This document shows, in pieces, positions 55,740 through 64,000 of a stretch of DNA of 64,000 nucleotides. The position numbers and the translations under genes are program-made. How positions within the stretch are numbered: position 1 is the first letter of the stretch; the number at the start of each line of letters is the position of its first letter. The notes under the pieces were generated by a model, which did no database searches, was not told the origin of the DNA, and saw nothing but the letters and a program-made list of their open reading frames with translations. This DNA is from a virus (Duplodnaviria > Caudoviricetes): IMG/VR virus record IMGVR_UViG_3300027759_000043; one strand, given 5' to 3'.

Positions 55740-55964
55740 ATGAACAATTGGGACAAAGGAAATTTAGATTTTATCTTGAACAGTTCGGACGCAGATATGG
55801 AGGACTTTTTATCCTGGGCATCTGATGAAGATCTAAGATATGCACTAGAATTGATTCATGCGGCTAAATCTGAATTGGCTGTGCAAGAAATAGAACTACT
55901 AGAAGCAGATGCTGATGAGGACTTGTCACAAGCGCAGGCAGTGCTAGAACGATTCCGTTTGTGA
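55740..55964 (+). CDS. Acidic hypothetical protein, 74 aa
   Basis: AAGGA RBS. Confidence 0.7.
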   Translation: MNNWDKGNLDFILNSSDADMEDFLSWASDEDLRYALELIHAAKSELAVQEIELLEADADEDLSQAQAVLERFRL

Positions 55965-57034
55965 AAATACGACTGATTGGTAAACGCAACAACTTGGGTA
56001 TTGGTACCCATTTTGCCAATTTTGCAGACGCACTGCGGCGTGTGAGCCATTGGGGTGCCTGTGTTGAAGAGTTTGACTGTGAAGATCCGCAGAGACTAGA
56101 AGCAGAAGCCAAACTTAGCAAGCCAGGTGATATCAACATCTGTTTTGTGAGCATACCCCTACAAGATCATTTCAAAGGCACCAACATTCAATGGGTGGTG
56201 TTTGAAAGTACTAGAGTACCGCCCACAGTAATGAGTACCATGCTCACAGCGGATCAAGTTTGGGTTCCTAGTGAATGGGGCAGATCAGTGCTGGTTGCTA
56301 ATGGCCTGGATCCTGCACGTTGTGAGGTAGTGCCAGAAGGAGTGGACACAGATCAATACCACCCTTATGCACCTCGAGTCGACAATCCAATTCTAACTTA
56401 TTTGATCACTGGCAAGTACGAACTAAGAAAAAGTATCATTGAAACAGTGTATGCCTGGGCACAAGAGTTCGGCAACGATCCCGAGGTTGAACTTGTGGTC
56501 AAAACCAATCACTTTATGAATCAAGAAGACAAGTACAACGAAATCACCAGGTGGCTTGGACAGATGGGTCTGACCAATGTGCGTGTGATGTGGGGATCTA
56601 TCACAGCCAACGACATGGCTGACCTGTACCAACAAAGTCACATATTTGTTTTGCCTTCTAAAGGTGAAGGTTGGGGCCTGCCGCTAATTGAAGCCGCGGC
56701 AGTGGGCTTGCCTATTATCACCACTTGGTACAGTGCTCATACAGAATTTTTACAACACATTCAATCCAGTGTGATCTCAGTGGCGTTTGACATGATTCCG
56801 GTGAACTGTCAAGAATATCAGTTCTTTTATCCTGCACCGGACGGTGACTGGGGCAAATGGGCTCAACCTAGCATTGACAGCCTCAGGCAAGCACTAAGAG
56901 AAGCCCGCAAGAATTATGAGCATCTGCATCAAGAAGCCGTTATAAACAGCCACATTATACGTAAGGATTTTTCCTGGGCACAAAGTGCAGATCGTGCCCT
57001 GCAAATCTTGCAAAAACACGGTTTTCTAAAGTAA
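55961..57034 (+). CDS. GT4-family glycosyltransferase
   Basis: VFESTR, VWVPS.W, PEGVD, GKYELRK, LPSKGEGWGLPLIEAAA. Confidence 0.85.
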   Translation: MKIRLIGKRNNLGIGTHFANFADALRRVSHWGACVEEFDCEDPQRLEAEAKLSKPGDINICFVSIPLQDHFKGTNIQWVVFESTRVPPTVMSTMLTADQVWVPSEWGRSVLVANGLDPARCEVVPEGVDTDQYHPYAPRVDNPILTYLITGKYELRKSIIETVYAWAQEFGNDPEVELVVKTNHFMNQEDKYNEITRWLGQMGLTNVRVMWGSITANDMADLYQQSHIFVLPSKGEGWGLPLIEAAAVGLPIITTWYSAHTEFLQHIQSSVISVAFDMIPVNCQEYQFFYPAPDGDWGKWAQPSIDSLRQALREARKNYEHLHQEAVINSHIIRKDFSWAQSADRALQILQKHGFLK

Positions 57035-57048
57035 TACTAGAGTACTAC
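57031..57048. promoter_or_regulatory. Palindromic operator-like site, copy 4
   Basis: GTAATAC-TAGA-GTACTAC. Confidence 0.65.
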
Positions 57049-57059
57049 TTTTTGATCGG

Positions 57060-57088
57060 TTGACCAATAATTGCCCATTTGCTATAAT
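57060..57088 (+). promoter_or_regulatory. Sigma70-type early promoter
   Basis: TTGACC-N17-TATAAT. Confidence 0.85.
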
Positions 57089-57117
57089 ATACGCATAGAC
57101 AGCAAAAAGGAGCCCAA

Positions 57118-57369
57118 ATGCGACACGTATCAGGTTTTAGTAATAGCACAAAAATTCGCTATATCGTTAACGGTTTTGGCATGTACGGAACTGTAAACGA
57201 CATCTATACAAAAACAGCCACAGTCACGCATGGCAAAGCACTGCGCCTTGCAATACAAAAATTGGCTTACGATCGCAGACACAGTAGTTTCTCAGGTGAA
57301 GGTCGTCCGGTGGGTGTTGGTATCACCTACGAAGGCATTGACGTTCAAATCACATTAATGGCCAACTAA
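57118..57369 (+). CDS. Hypothetical protein, 83 aa
   Basis: AAGGAG RBS. Confidence 0.75.
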   Translation: MRHVSGFSNSTKIRYIVNGFGMYGTVNDIYTKTATVTHGKALRLAIQKLAYDRRHSSFSGEGRPVGVGITYEGIDVQITLMAN

Positions 57370-57374
57370 TTTGG

Positions 57375-57403
57375 TTGACCAATATTTCCCAATTTGCTAT
57401 AAT
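57375..57403 (+). promoter_or_regulatory. Sigma70-type early promoter
   Basis: TTGACC-N17-TATAAT. Confidence 0.85.
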
Positions 57404-57434
57404 ATGCACATAGTTTGAAATAAAGGAGCCCCAG

Positions 57435-57719
57435 ATGAGTCATAGTTATTATGTTGTTAGTAAAGGTTCGGGTGTTATTGTCAACGACGGCCCGAACAAA
57501 AATCGTGCATACAAAACTTTTGGCGCGGCAATGGCTACCCGTACTCGTCTTTGCCGCAAAGGTGGTTGGAACATTAGCGAACTTAGCATTATTGCTACTA
57601 GCCACTACCGACCACGCATGGTCACCCGCACTAACTTAATGACCGGACAAGAATTTGAGGAAGATGTTAACACCCCAAATTGTTGCTCACCCTCATCAGA
57701 AACTTTTTGGAGCATGTGA
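57435..57719 (+). CDS. Hypothetical protein, 94 aa
   Basis: AAGGAG RBS; C-terminal TPNCCSPSSETFWSM. Confidence 0.75.
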   Translation: MSHSYYVVSKGSGVIVNDGPNKNRAYKTFGAAMATRTRLCRKGGWNISELSIIATSHYRPRMVTRTNLMTGQEFEEDVNTPNCCSPSSETFWSM

Positions 57720-57841
57720 TGAGTGAGCCAGTTTGGATTATTAGTTGGACACAGAATTATCCCAACTGGGAACCTGTTGAATTACCTATTACCAACTTTG
57801 CACAAGCCCGCGAAGTGTTAGCAAGGATCATGTCCTTATGA
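57719..57841 (+). CDS. Small protein, 40 aa (not in ORF track)
   Basis: TGATG and ATGA overlaps; MSEPVWIISWTQNYPNWEPVELPITNFAQAREVLARIMSL*. Confidence 0.55.
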   Translation: MSEPVWIISWTQNYPNWEPVELPITNFAQAREVLARIMSL

Positions 57842-58188
57842 AATGGTTTGCAGAAACAACTGTATTTGCAGGCGCACTCTCGCCCAATCATGTTTACCTG
57901 CTGGACGACAGCAAGAGTAAAATGTTTGCCTACAAGCCTTTTGGGCAGGGCAAGATTCAAATTTTTAAAAACCCCATACGCATCGACGTTCGCGGACGCA
58001 AGTTCCAAGTCAATGACGTGCAATTTAAAACTTCAGTAGAACCCGAAGTCCCTGAAGGACGTGTGATTGAAGTTAAGGGTAGCAAAGGTGACGTATACAA
58101 AGTAATCGAACTCAATGGCAACTATTCTTGTACTTGCTCAGGATTTAAGTTCCGCGGCGACTGTAAACACATCAAGAGCGTGGCATGA
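57838..58188 (+). CDS. SWIM zinc-finger protein
   Basis: YSCTCSGFKFRGDCKHI (CxCxnCxH). Confidence 0.8.
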   Translation: MKWFAETTVFAGALSPNHVYLLDDSKSKMFAYKPFGQGKIQIFKNPIRIDVRGRKFQVNDVQFKTSVEPEVPEGRVIEVKGSKGDVYKVIELNGNYSCTCSGFKFRGDCKHIKSVA

Positions 58189-58430
58189 AGTTTCCTTTTA
58201 AGAATTCGCCAGAGTGGTTTACCAACTACGTGACTGAAACTTATGTGGACGAGTTCCACCAAAAAGTAAAAGATGTCAACTGGGACCAAACAGATCGCAT
58301 TGCATTGTTAGATGCGGCTGTGGAGTTCTTTACCGAAAAAGGTTTTAGGGTTTACTGCTACAATAGAGAACTTTGGTTTGACTTGGACGAGACCCAAGAA
58401 ACCACAATGCTGGCCCTACAGTGGTCCTAA
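58185..58430 (+). CDS. Hypothetical protein, 81 aa
   Basis: ATGA overlap. Confidence 0.65.
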   Translation: MKFPFKNSPEWFTNYVTETYVDEFHQKVKDVNWDQTDRIALLDAAVEFFTEKGFRVYCYNRELWFDLDETQETTMLALQWS

Positions 58431-58431
58431 C

Positions 58432-58863
58432 TTACTTGTAAATGTAGTTGATGGTATCTGAATTTTCTCTATAGACGCCGGCACCATTCTTTAAATGAAA
58501 GCGTCGAGCCATTTCTGTTTTAGGGCTCAAAGTCACATAGGTTTGAATTTCAGGAAACTCTGACTTGATCGATTTCTGTGTTTCCACAATCAACTCACGC
58601 CCTGCCCCTGCGGTATAACTCCAAATAGTGTAAAATACTGCGGTAGTAGCACTACCCACCAACTCGGCCAGGTCGTCTACTGCGGCTGGAATGGCTTGCA
58701 AGAACTTAACACAGGTCACTGCTTGGGTTTGATCCCCATCCTTCAACATGTAGATTCTGCTGTTCTCGTTTACCCGTTTGGTCATGGGAATTTCGGGACG
58801 TACAGGGTCATCCTTGATCAGGGTTTCTAAGTCTTCAGTAATGGTGGTAATGGTGTGTAACAT
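58432..58863 (-). CDS. GNAT-fold protein resembling the malonyl-CoA decarboxylase catalytic core
   Basis: TAVFYTIWS..GAGRELI...EFPEIQTYVTLSP. Confidence 0.5.
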   Translation of the reverse strand: MLHTITTITEDLETLIKDDPVRPEIPMTKRVNENSRIYMLKDGDQTQAVTCVKFLQAIPAAVDDLAELVGSATTAVFYTIWSYTAGAGRELIVETQKSIKSEFPEIQTYVTLSPKTEMARRFHLKNGAGVYRENSDTINYIYK

Positions 58864-58931
58864 AATCTACGCCGTTAATGTTTATGCAAAGGTATTTATC
58901 ACAACCTTTGTTACACTAAAATTACAGAAGT

Positions 58932-59264
58932 TTAGGTGTGGAGTTCTCGGTATCGAGCCATGGCTCTTGCTCGAGCCACTGCCAGTCTCACAGTCACGTA
59001 ATCCGAGACCTCGTCATCCACCGGGTCGGTTGGTGGTGTGACCTTGGGCCTGCGTGTGCTACTGCTACACAGAAAATCATCATCCGGTGCATCATAAGGA
59101 TCGGTACCTTGCAACCGAATGGCAGTGAATCTGTGAGGATTACTGCGCAAAAGTTTGATTCTTGGCACTCGCGGACGGGCTGAATGATCGGTGCTCACGT
59201 GAACAGGCACCTGGGCCCAAGCGGTGACGGATACCATGGCGACAATGATCAAGATTTGTTTCAT
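58932..59264 (-). CDS. Exported hypothetical protein, 110 aa
   Basis: Signal peptide MKQILIIVAMVSVTAWA. Confidence 0.6.
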   Translation of the reverse strand: MKQILIIVAMVSVTAWAQVPVHVSTDHSARPRVPRIKLLRSNPHRFTAIRLQGTDPYDAPDDDFLCSSSTRRPKVTPPTDPVDDEVSDYVTVRLAVARARAMARYRELHT

Positions 59265-59299
59265 GTATATATAACGCCTTGACCCTGGTTTACGCTGAC

Positions 59300-59324
59300 A
59301 AAAAAAGGCTCCGAAGAGCCTTTT
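59300..59324 (-). terminator. Rho-independent terminator (possibly bidirectional)
   Basis: AAAAGGCTC-CGAA-GAGCCTTTT flanked by an A-run. Confidence 0.8.
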
Positions 59325-59344
59325 AAGTAAACTTCCTATACCTT

Positions 59345-59878
59345 TTACATTCCTGTATCTGGCGGAAGTTGTTGGGATTTTTTATCCAGATCACCAAAGT
59401 CGTAGTGACCAACACCCCATATTAGAACCGCTGATACAATATAAAACAATGTTGCTAAAATATCATGTCCTGCGGCATTCAACGCATTTCCGATAGTACC
59501 ACCTGTTAGTAAATCTGTAAAACCAACCAATGGGATAATATTAAAAAGACCGGTTAATACCTTAGTCTTTAAACTAGAGCCTGTCCCAAAAAATGTGCCT
59601 GCTTCTTCAGCAACCGGTTGTCCACCTTTTGCAAGTGGTGCTAAATCTTGTTGTGTGATACCAATAGCCGACATAAACTTATTCTTATCACCACCTGATT
59701 GGTCATATGCTTGTTTCAACCCTTGCATTGTTTGTGGGTCTAACTTTCCCATCAATGCATTGGCTGCTTTTTTGATATAAGGATTTAACATATCCATAAT
59801 ACCTTCATCAAGTTGAACTCGGGGTTGTTCTGCTTCCTTGATAATGTCAATATAGTTTCTTAAAAAATCTGTGCTCAT
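59345..59878 (-). CDS. Hypothetical protein with C-terminal TM helices, possible virion-packaged protein
   Basis: MSTDFLRNYIDIIKEAE; GTAAATA plus GGAG upstream. Confidence 0.65.
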   Translation of the reverse strand: MSTDFLRNYIDIIKEAEQPRVQLDEGIMDMLNPYIKKAANALMGKLDPQTMQGLKQAYDQSGGDKNKFMSAIGITQQDLAPLAKGGQPVAEEAGTFFGTGSSLKTKVLTGLFNIIPLVGFTDLLTGGTIGNALNAAGHDILATLFYIVSAVLIWGVGHYDFGDLDKKSQQLPPDTGM

Positions 59879-59946
59879 AACATCTCCAAATGATTACTTT
59901 TATTTACCTTATGTGCAAGTTTAGGCAAATGTCTTGTCAAAAACGC

Positions 59947-59975
59947 TTGATCTTATCAGCAAGATGCCTTATACT
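59947..59975 (+). promoter_or_regulatory. Sigma70-type promoter
   Basis: TTGATC-N17-TATACT. Confidence 0.6.
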
Positions 59976-60022
59976 TGTTGAATGCTGTACGCAACGGCTA
60001 TTTTACATGAAAGGTAATTTAT

Positions 60023-60289
60023 ATGCGTTTTAATCCAGAAACTAAGACTTTTAAAGTTTTCACCGCTTTACACAATGGCGAGACATTGACTCCTGCTGAA
60101 GCCAAGAAGCGTTTTGGCGTGGGCAACTTGAGTGCTGAAGTGTCACGTATCCGTCAAAACGGATTTGCTGTGTATTCTAACACACGCAAGGCCGGCAACG
60201 GTGTTCGCGTAACTGAATACGCAATTGGCAAGCCAAGCCGCAAAATCATTGCAGCCGGCTACAAAGCAATGGCAATGGGCTTGGTCTAA
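60023..60289 (+). CDS. Winged helix-turn-helix DNA-binding protein
   Basis: LTPAEAKKRFGVGNLSAEVSRIRQNGF; monocistronic, with its own promoter and terminator. Confidence 0.65.
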   Translation: MRFNPETKTFKVFTALHNGETLTPAEAKKRFGVGNLSAEVSRIRQNGFAVYSNTRKAGNGVRVTEYAIGKPSRKIIAAGYKAMAMGLV

Positions 60290-60327
60290 TTTAGACACGC
60301 TGTCCAATTCAGACTGGACACTTGAAC

Positions 60328-60354
60328 AAAACCCTACCCCCGGTAGGGTTTTTT
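60328..60354 (+). terminator. Rho-independent terminator
   Basis: ACCCTACC/GGTAGGGT plus a T-run. Confidence 0.85.
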
Positions 60355-60355
60355 C

Positions 60356-60384
60356 TTGACCGAAAACTCTAAATCCTGTATAAT
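60356..60384 (+). promoter_or_regulatory. Sigma70-type early promoter
   Basis: TTGACC-N17-TATAAT. Confidence 0.8.
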
Positions 60385-60390
60385 AATTGT

Positions 60391-60843
60391 ATGCTTAAAA
60401 AACTCTTTGAACGTTTGGGTCGGTATCGTGTAATTATGGACCGTGTGGACAATGAACCTTACTTGGAACGCTACTATGTGTTTCTTCGAGATAGAAACCG
60501 ATTCCCATTCAATATCTTTGTACACAAGTTTTTGAAATCGGATCCGGATGAGGTTCATGATCATCCTTGGCCCTACTTTACCGTGATCTTGCGTGGCGGT
60601 TACTGGGAGTGGGTTCCGCACTTTGATTTACGTGGTCAAAAGATTTGCGAAATACAAAAATGGCGTGGTGCCGGACATTTCCGTTTTAATCGAGCCACCA
60701 GTTACCACCGTATTGAACTAGATCCTGATATCACCTGTTGGACCTTGTTCTGTCCCGGTCCCAAACAACGTGATTGGGGATTTTTAGTTAAGAATAAATG
60801 GGTGCAATGGGAACAATACCTAGCCGCCCGCTCAAGTAAATAA
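60391..60843 (+). CDS. Cupin-like protein
   Basis: VHKF..SD...HDHPW...ILRGGYWE, YHRIEL, WTLF..GP..RDWGF. Confidence 0.7.
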   Translation: MLKKLFERLGRYRVIMDRVDNEPYLERYYVFLRDRNRFPFNIFVHKFLKSDPDEVHDHPWPYFTVILRGGYWEWVPHFDLRGQKICEIQKWRGAGHFRFNRATSYHRIELDPDITCWTLFCPGPKQRDWGFLVKNKWVQWEQYLAARSSK

Positions 60844-61233
60844 ATGCAAGGAAAAGAGATTATGAACTTGGAAACTATCATTACTGCCATGTTTACCGGA
60901 GTAGGATTTGGTGTTATATTATTTTTGCTATTTGTTTGGATAATATCTCGCAGACTCCAGTTTCGAGTTGATTCGGAACTGTCAGGTATCATGGAAAAGT
61001 TGGCCCAGGACCGGCTGATAGCACTCACAGTAGAGGTTGACCAAAACCAATATTTCTGCTATAATGCTATTACTAAAGATTTTGTATGCCAGGGTTACAG
61101 TTTAAAAGAAATTGTAGAACGATTTCGTTTGCGTTATCCCAACAAGGCTGCCGCCATATACGACGGCGACGAAACAGCAGTAAAGACACTTAAATCTCAA
61201 ATGGAAGACTTGGATGAAAATCTCACTTGTTAG
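60844..61233 (+). CDS. Single-pass membrane protein
   Basis: N-terminal TM segment IITAMFTGVGFGVILFLLFVWII. Confidence 0.65.
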   Translation: MQGKEIMNLETIITAMFTGVGFGVILFLLFVWIISRRLQFRVDSELSGIMEKLAQDRLIALTVEVDQNQYFCYNAITKDFVCQGYSLKEIVERFRLRYPNKAAAIYDGDETAVKTLKSQMEDLDENLTC

Positions 61234-62068
61234 CGATGTGCATTTAGAATTTGGAGACTTGGACTTTGATAATGATCAAGGTGCTGAAGTCCTGATTCTC
61301 TCTGGCGACATTTGCGTGGCCCATGATATCACACAACGTGATCCATACGGCGTGATGGGCCCAGAATATCGTAGCAATCGCTTTCATGATTTCTTTCAAC
61401 GCTGTCATGCAAGATTCCCACATGTGATTTACATTGTGGGCAATCACGAATACTACCATGGTGACTTTGGCACTGCTCTTGCACATCTAAAGGATGTGCT
61501 GGGCTACTTGCCCAATTTGCACATTCTAGAAAAAGAGTCAATCACTATCGGCGATGTCACATTCTTGTGTGGTACTCTATGGACCGATATGAATCAGGAA
61601 GATCCAGACACCTTGTATCGCATTCGCAGTTACATGAATGACTTTAGAATCATCCGGGACAGTCGCTATCCTGTGCATTACAAGGACAGCGAAGGCAAAC
61701 ACCACACACGTGAGGGCCGATTCAGTCCCGAAATCAGTGTGGAAGAACACCGGGCCATGGTGAAGTTTGTAAAGGAGTCAGTTGACGCTGACCCCACTGC
61801 TCGGTATGTGGTTGTTGGTCATCACTCGCCTAGCAGATCAAGTACTCACCCACAGTATGCAGATCAAACCATGGTGAATGGTGCTTACAGTAGCGACTTG
61901 GATCAGTTTATCCTTGATCGCCCACAAATCAAATTGTGGACACATGGACACACTCATCATGAGTTTGACTACATGATTGGCTCGTGCCGTGTGGTGTGTA
62001 ACCCACGTGGTTATGATGGATATGAACAACAGGCAGAACAATGGCAACTAAAAACAGTGGATATCTAA
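61214..62068 (+). CDS. Calcineurin-like metallophosphoesterase (paralog 2)
   Basis: SDVH, SGDI, GNHEYY, GHH.P, THGHTH, NPRGY. Confidence 0.88.
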   Translation: MKISLVSDVHLEFGDLDFDNDQGAEVLILSGDICVAHDITQRDPYGVMGPEYRSNRFHDFFQRCHARFPHVIYIVGNHEYYHGDFGTALAHLKDVLGYLPNLHILEKESITIGDVTFLCGTLWTDMNQEDPDTLYRIRSYMNDFRIIRDSRYPVHYKDSEGKHHTREGRFSPEISVEEHRAMVKFVKESVDADPTARYVVVGHHSPSRSSTHPQYADQTMVNGAYSSDLDQFILDRPQIKLWTHGHTHHEFDYMIGSCRVVCNPRGYDGYEQQAEQWQLKTVDI

Positions 62069-62247
62069 AATGGTTGCGTTACAGTGGTGTCAGCATCATT
62101 GTAACGCTTAACCCACTGCATTGGCGCTGGGTGCCACAAGCACGTTGCGAACGCAATACTGAGTGGCCCAGTCCCAATGAGGTCACATACATGGCAAGTT
62201 GGTTGTTTTTGACCATACGTGGTTGGGTTGACAATGGAGATTGGTAG
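62041..62247 (+). CDS. Hypothetical Trp-rich protein, 68 aa
   Basis: Coupled ORF. Confidence 0.6.
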   Translation: MATKNSGYLKWLRYSGVSIIVTLNPLHWRWVPQARCERNTEWPSPNEVTYMASWLFLTIRGWVDNGDW

Positions 62248-62399
62248 TGCGAGATCTAGTGTCATACATAGTTTATGCCATACTCATGGTATTGCTGTAT
62301 ATCAACACCTCTGTAGTAGGTGAAGATCGTGAACGTGCGGCATTGGATCGGGTACGCAACTCAAGTGGATACTTAATACGATATGAACAAACAGACTAA
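62247..62399 (+). CDS. Small membrane protein, 50 aa (not in ORF track)
   Basis: GGAG plus GTG overlapping TAG; MRDLVSYIVYAILMVLLYIN... Confidence 0.5.
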   Translation: MRDLVSYIVYAILMVLLYINTSVVGEDRERAALDRVRNSSGYLIRYEQTD

Positions 62400-62655
62400 A
62401 CAACTAGCAGAACAGGCAGGATTTGTCCTGGATGAATTACCAGACACGGTTCTACAGCCATTGGAAACATTTGCTGACCTATTGCGAGCCGCTAACACTC
62501 GTGAAGTGATTGCATTGTGTGCCAACACCATTAACCGCAACCTTAACGAACAACAACAAAAAACAAAACGTCGTTGGGATATAGTAGAAGCCGTGGTAAT
62601 CGTAACAGCATTGGTAGCCTGGGGTGCCTGGTGGTACACTCAATTACACACATAA
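62383..62655 (+). CDS. Hypothetical protein with a C-terminal TM helix
   Basis: IVEAVVIVTALVAWGAWWY. Confidence 0.6.
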   Translation: MNKQTKQLAEQAGFVLDELPDTVLQPLETFADLLRAANTREVIALCANTINRNLNEQQQKTKRRWDIVEAVVIVTALVAWGAWWYTQLHT

Positions 62656-62665
62656 AGGACCGGAT

Positions 62666-63379
62666 ATGAAAATTTATATTGGCAAACCTCGAGATCACTG
62701 GATCTCACCTTACACCATATTGGATTACATGTTCTTTTGGACTGACTGGAGCAAGTGCAGTCGCGACCGCCGCATTCGCACTCTTGAAGAAGAACGCAAT
62801 TACGTGGAACATCCTGAGTGGGTAGAACGCTGGAGTGATCGACTGGAACCTGTCAGCCATGCTATTCGGTGGATCTTGGATCGTGTGCATCCGGCCATCA
62901 ACTATGTAAAGATTGATCGTTGGGATACCTGGAGCATGGATCATACCTTGAGTCCCATCATCTTGCCCATGCTCAAGCAACTGAAAACAACTCAGCACGG
63001 TGCAGGATTTGTTGACGATGAGGACGTTCCTGAAGAACTAAAAAGTACCAGCGCACCCGCCAAAGAAAACGAGTGGGACACTGATGCCAATCACTTTGCT
63101 CGTTGGGAATATGTGCTGGATGAAATGATCTTTGCATTTACTTGCAAAACAGATGACTCCTGGGAAGATGAGTTCCGTTCAGGCGAGATCGACATGCTGT
63201 GGGTACCAGTAGACAAAGATGGCAACGAGGTACCCAAGGGAGAACACAAGTTCTCTGAAATGAGACGTGGTCCCAACGACACATACAAGTGCGATTATGA
63301 AGGCATGCGAGTGGTTGAAGCACGTATACAAAACGGCTTCCGCTTGTTTGGCAAGTATTATCAGAATCTCTGGGACTGA
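62666..63379 (+). CDS. Conserved phage hypothetical protein
   Basis: AAGGA RBS; VKIDRWDTWSMDHTL..IILPMLKQLK, W..VLDEMIFAF, GFRLFGKYYQNLWD. Confidence 0.75.
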   Translation: MKIYIGKPRDHWISPYTILDYMFFWTDWSKCSRDRRIRTLEEERNYVEHPEWVERWSDRLEPVSHAIRWILDRVHPAINYVKIDRWDTWSMDHTLSPIILPMLKQLKTTQHGAGFVDDEDVPEELKSTSAPAKENEWDTDANHFARWEYVLDEMIFAFTCKTDDSWEDEFRSGEIDMLWVPVDKDGNEVPKGEHKFSEMRRGPNDTYKCDYEGMRVVEARIQNGFRLFGKYYQNLWD

Positions 63380-63852
63380 TGGAAGAATCCAACTCCGCCA
63401 AAGGCCGGGACAGTTTTGATGTTGCAACCGGCAATACCTTGGTGCATTTTTTTAATCGTAATGTAACACCTTACGCCACCAGCACACTAGGACCCAAGTT
63501 TGATCTAATACCTGTTGAAAAACAAAAAGATCTCATGATCAATCATGCCAGGATGTATGCCCAGCAAGAATATGATCGTATCATGGAAATGGTCACAGTT
63601 CTACAACGACAGGCAGATGACATTAGACGCAGACTAGAAGTAACTGACGCAGTATATGCCGCAGAATACAATTTTCAGATTGTCATGGGCAACTGCTATT
63701 GGTTGGTTTGGCACAAGAGGTATGAAAAAACTCTGTTGGTACATAGCGGTCCTGATGACTGGAATACCGGAGTGCCGGAGGATTATGAATACATGACGCA
63801 GGTCAAGTACATGGGTGACCATACTTGGCAAGAAGTTGACTCCAAATTATAA
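63379..63852 (+). CDS. Hypothetical protein, possibly DUF2452-like
   Basis: AEYNFQ.V.GN.Y.L, GP..W, VKY.GD.TW.EV. Confidence 0.55.
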   Translation: MEESNSAKGRDSFDVATGNTLVHFFNRNVTPYATSTLGPKFDLIPVEKQKDLMINHARMYAQQEYDRIMEMVTVLQRQADDIRRRLEVTDAVYAAEYNFQIVMGNCYWLVWHKRYEKTLLVHSGPDDWNTGVPEDYEYMTQVKYMGDHTWQEVDSKL

Positions 63853-63864
63853 ATGTGTTACAAT
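63836..63864 (+). promoter_or_regulatory. Sigma70-type promoter
   Basis: TTGACT-N17-TACAAT. Confidence 0.75.
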
Positions 63865-63869
63865 ACGAT

Positions 63870-64000
63870 ATGACTACTATAACTGTTGAAGGTGCCGATC
63901 GAGCAATTGATGCGGGCATATGGCTTAATGAACAATGTATAGACTATCAAATTGATATGGAGCAAGTTTGGACTAAGACCGAGCCTCGATATCAATTTCA
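63870..64000 (+). CDS. Hypothetical protein, 3' end runs off the window
   Basis: MTTITVEGADRAIDAGIWLNEQCIDYQID... open to the window end. Confidence 0.5.
   Translation, partial: MTTITVEGADRAIDAGIWLNEQCIDYQIDMEQVWTKTEPRYQF

Noticed and set aside
1-64000. Alternative genetic code (TAG/TGA recoding)
   Set aside because: Long conserved genes (nrdA, ligase, clpX, pstS) are uninterrupted under the standard code, and TAA, TAG and TGA all end ORFs at sensible operon junctions.
1-64000. tRNA genes, CRISPR array, integrase or transposase
   Set aside because: No cloverleaf or T-loop pattern, no regularly spaced repeat-spacer run and no recombinase motif was seen by eye. tRNAscan-SE and a CRISPR finder would confirm.

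Overview
This window is a 64 kb internal fragment of a large, lytic, T4-like tailed dsDNA phage. It is read with the standard genetic code and is gene-dense, mostly on the + strand. The host is probably a proteobacterium, likely a beta-proteobacterium (inferred from the IscU, PstS and ClpP sequences and TTGAC-N17-TATAAT promoters). Core phage genes: the end of a DnaB-like helicase, a PD-(D/E)XK exonuclease, class Ia NrdA/NrdB/glutaredoxin, an ATP-dependent DNA ligase, UvsE, PAAR, and virion, tail-fibre and lectin proteins. Host-like auxiliary genes: IscU/IscA, ClpX, two ClpP, ClpS, Hsp20, ribosomal bS21, YccA, PstS, UDP-glucose dehydrogenase, an amidinotransferase and several glycosyltransferases. 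The best candidate for an undescribed system is a phage-borne phosphate-starvation lipid-remodelling operon (GATase-like, PlcP-like phospholipase C, Agt-like glycosyltransferase, DUF962-like membrane protein). It carries Pho-box-like repeats matching one in front of the phage pstS. The non-coding DNA also shows two ROSE-like RNA thermometers, a repeated palindromic operator, repeated early-promoter cassettes, apparent leaderless genes and a structured ncRNA candidate. I found no tRNA, CRISPR array, intein or integrase. All family assignments come from motif recognition by eye, not from database searches.
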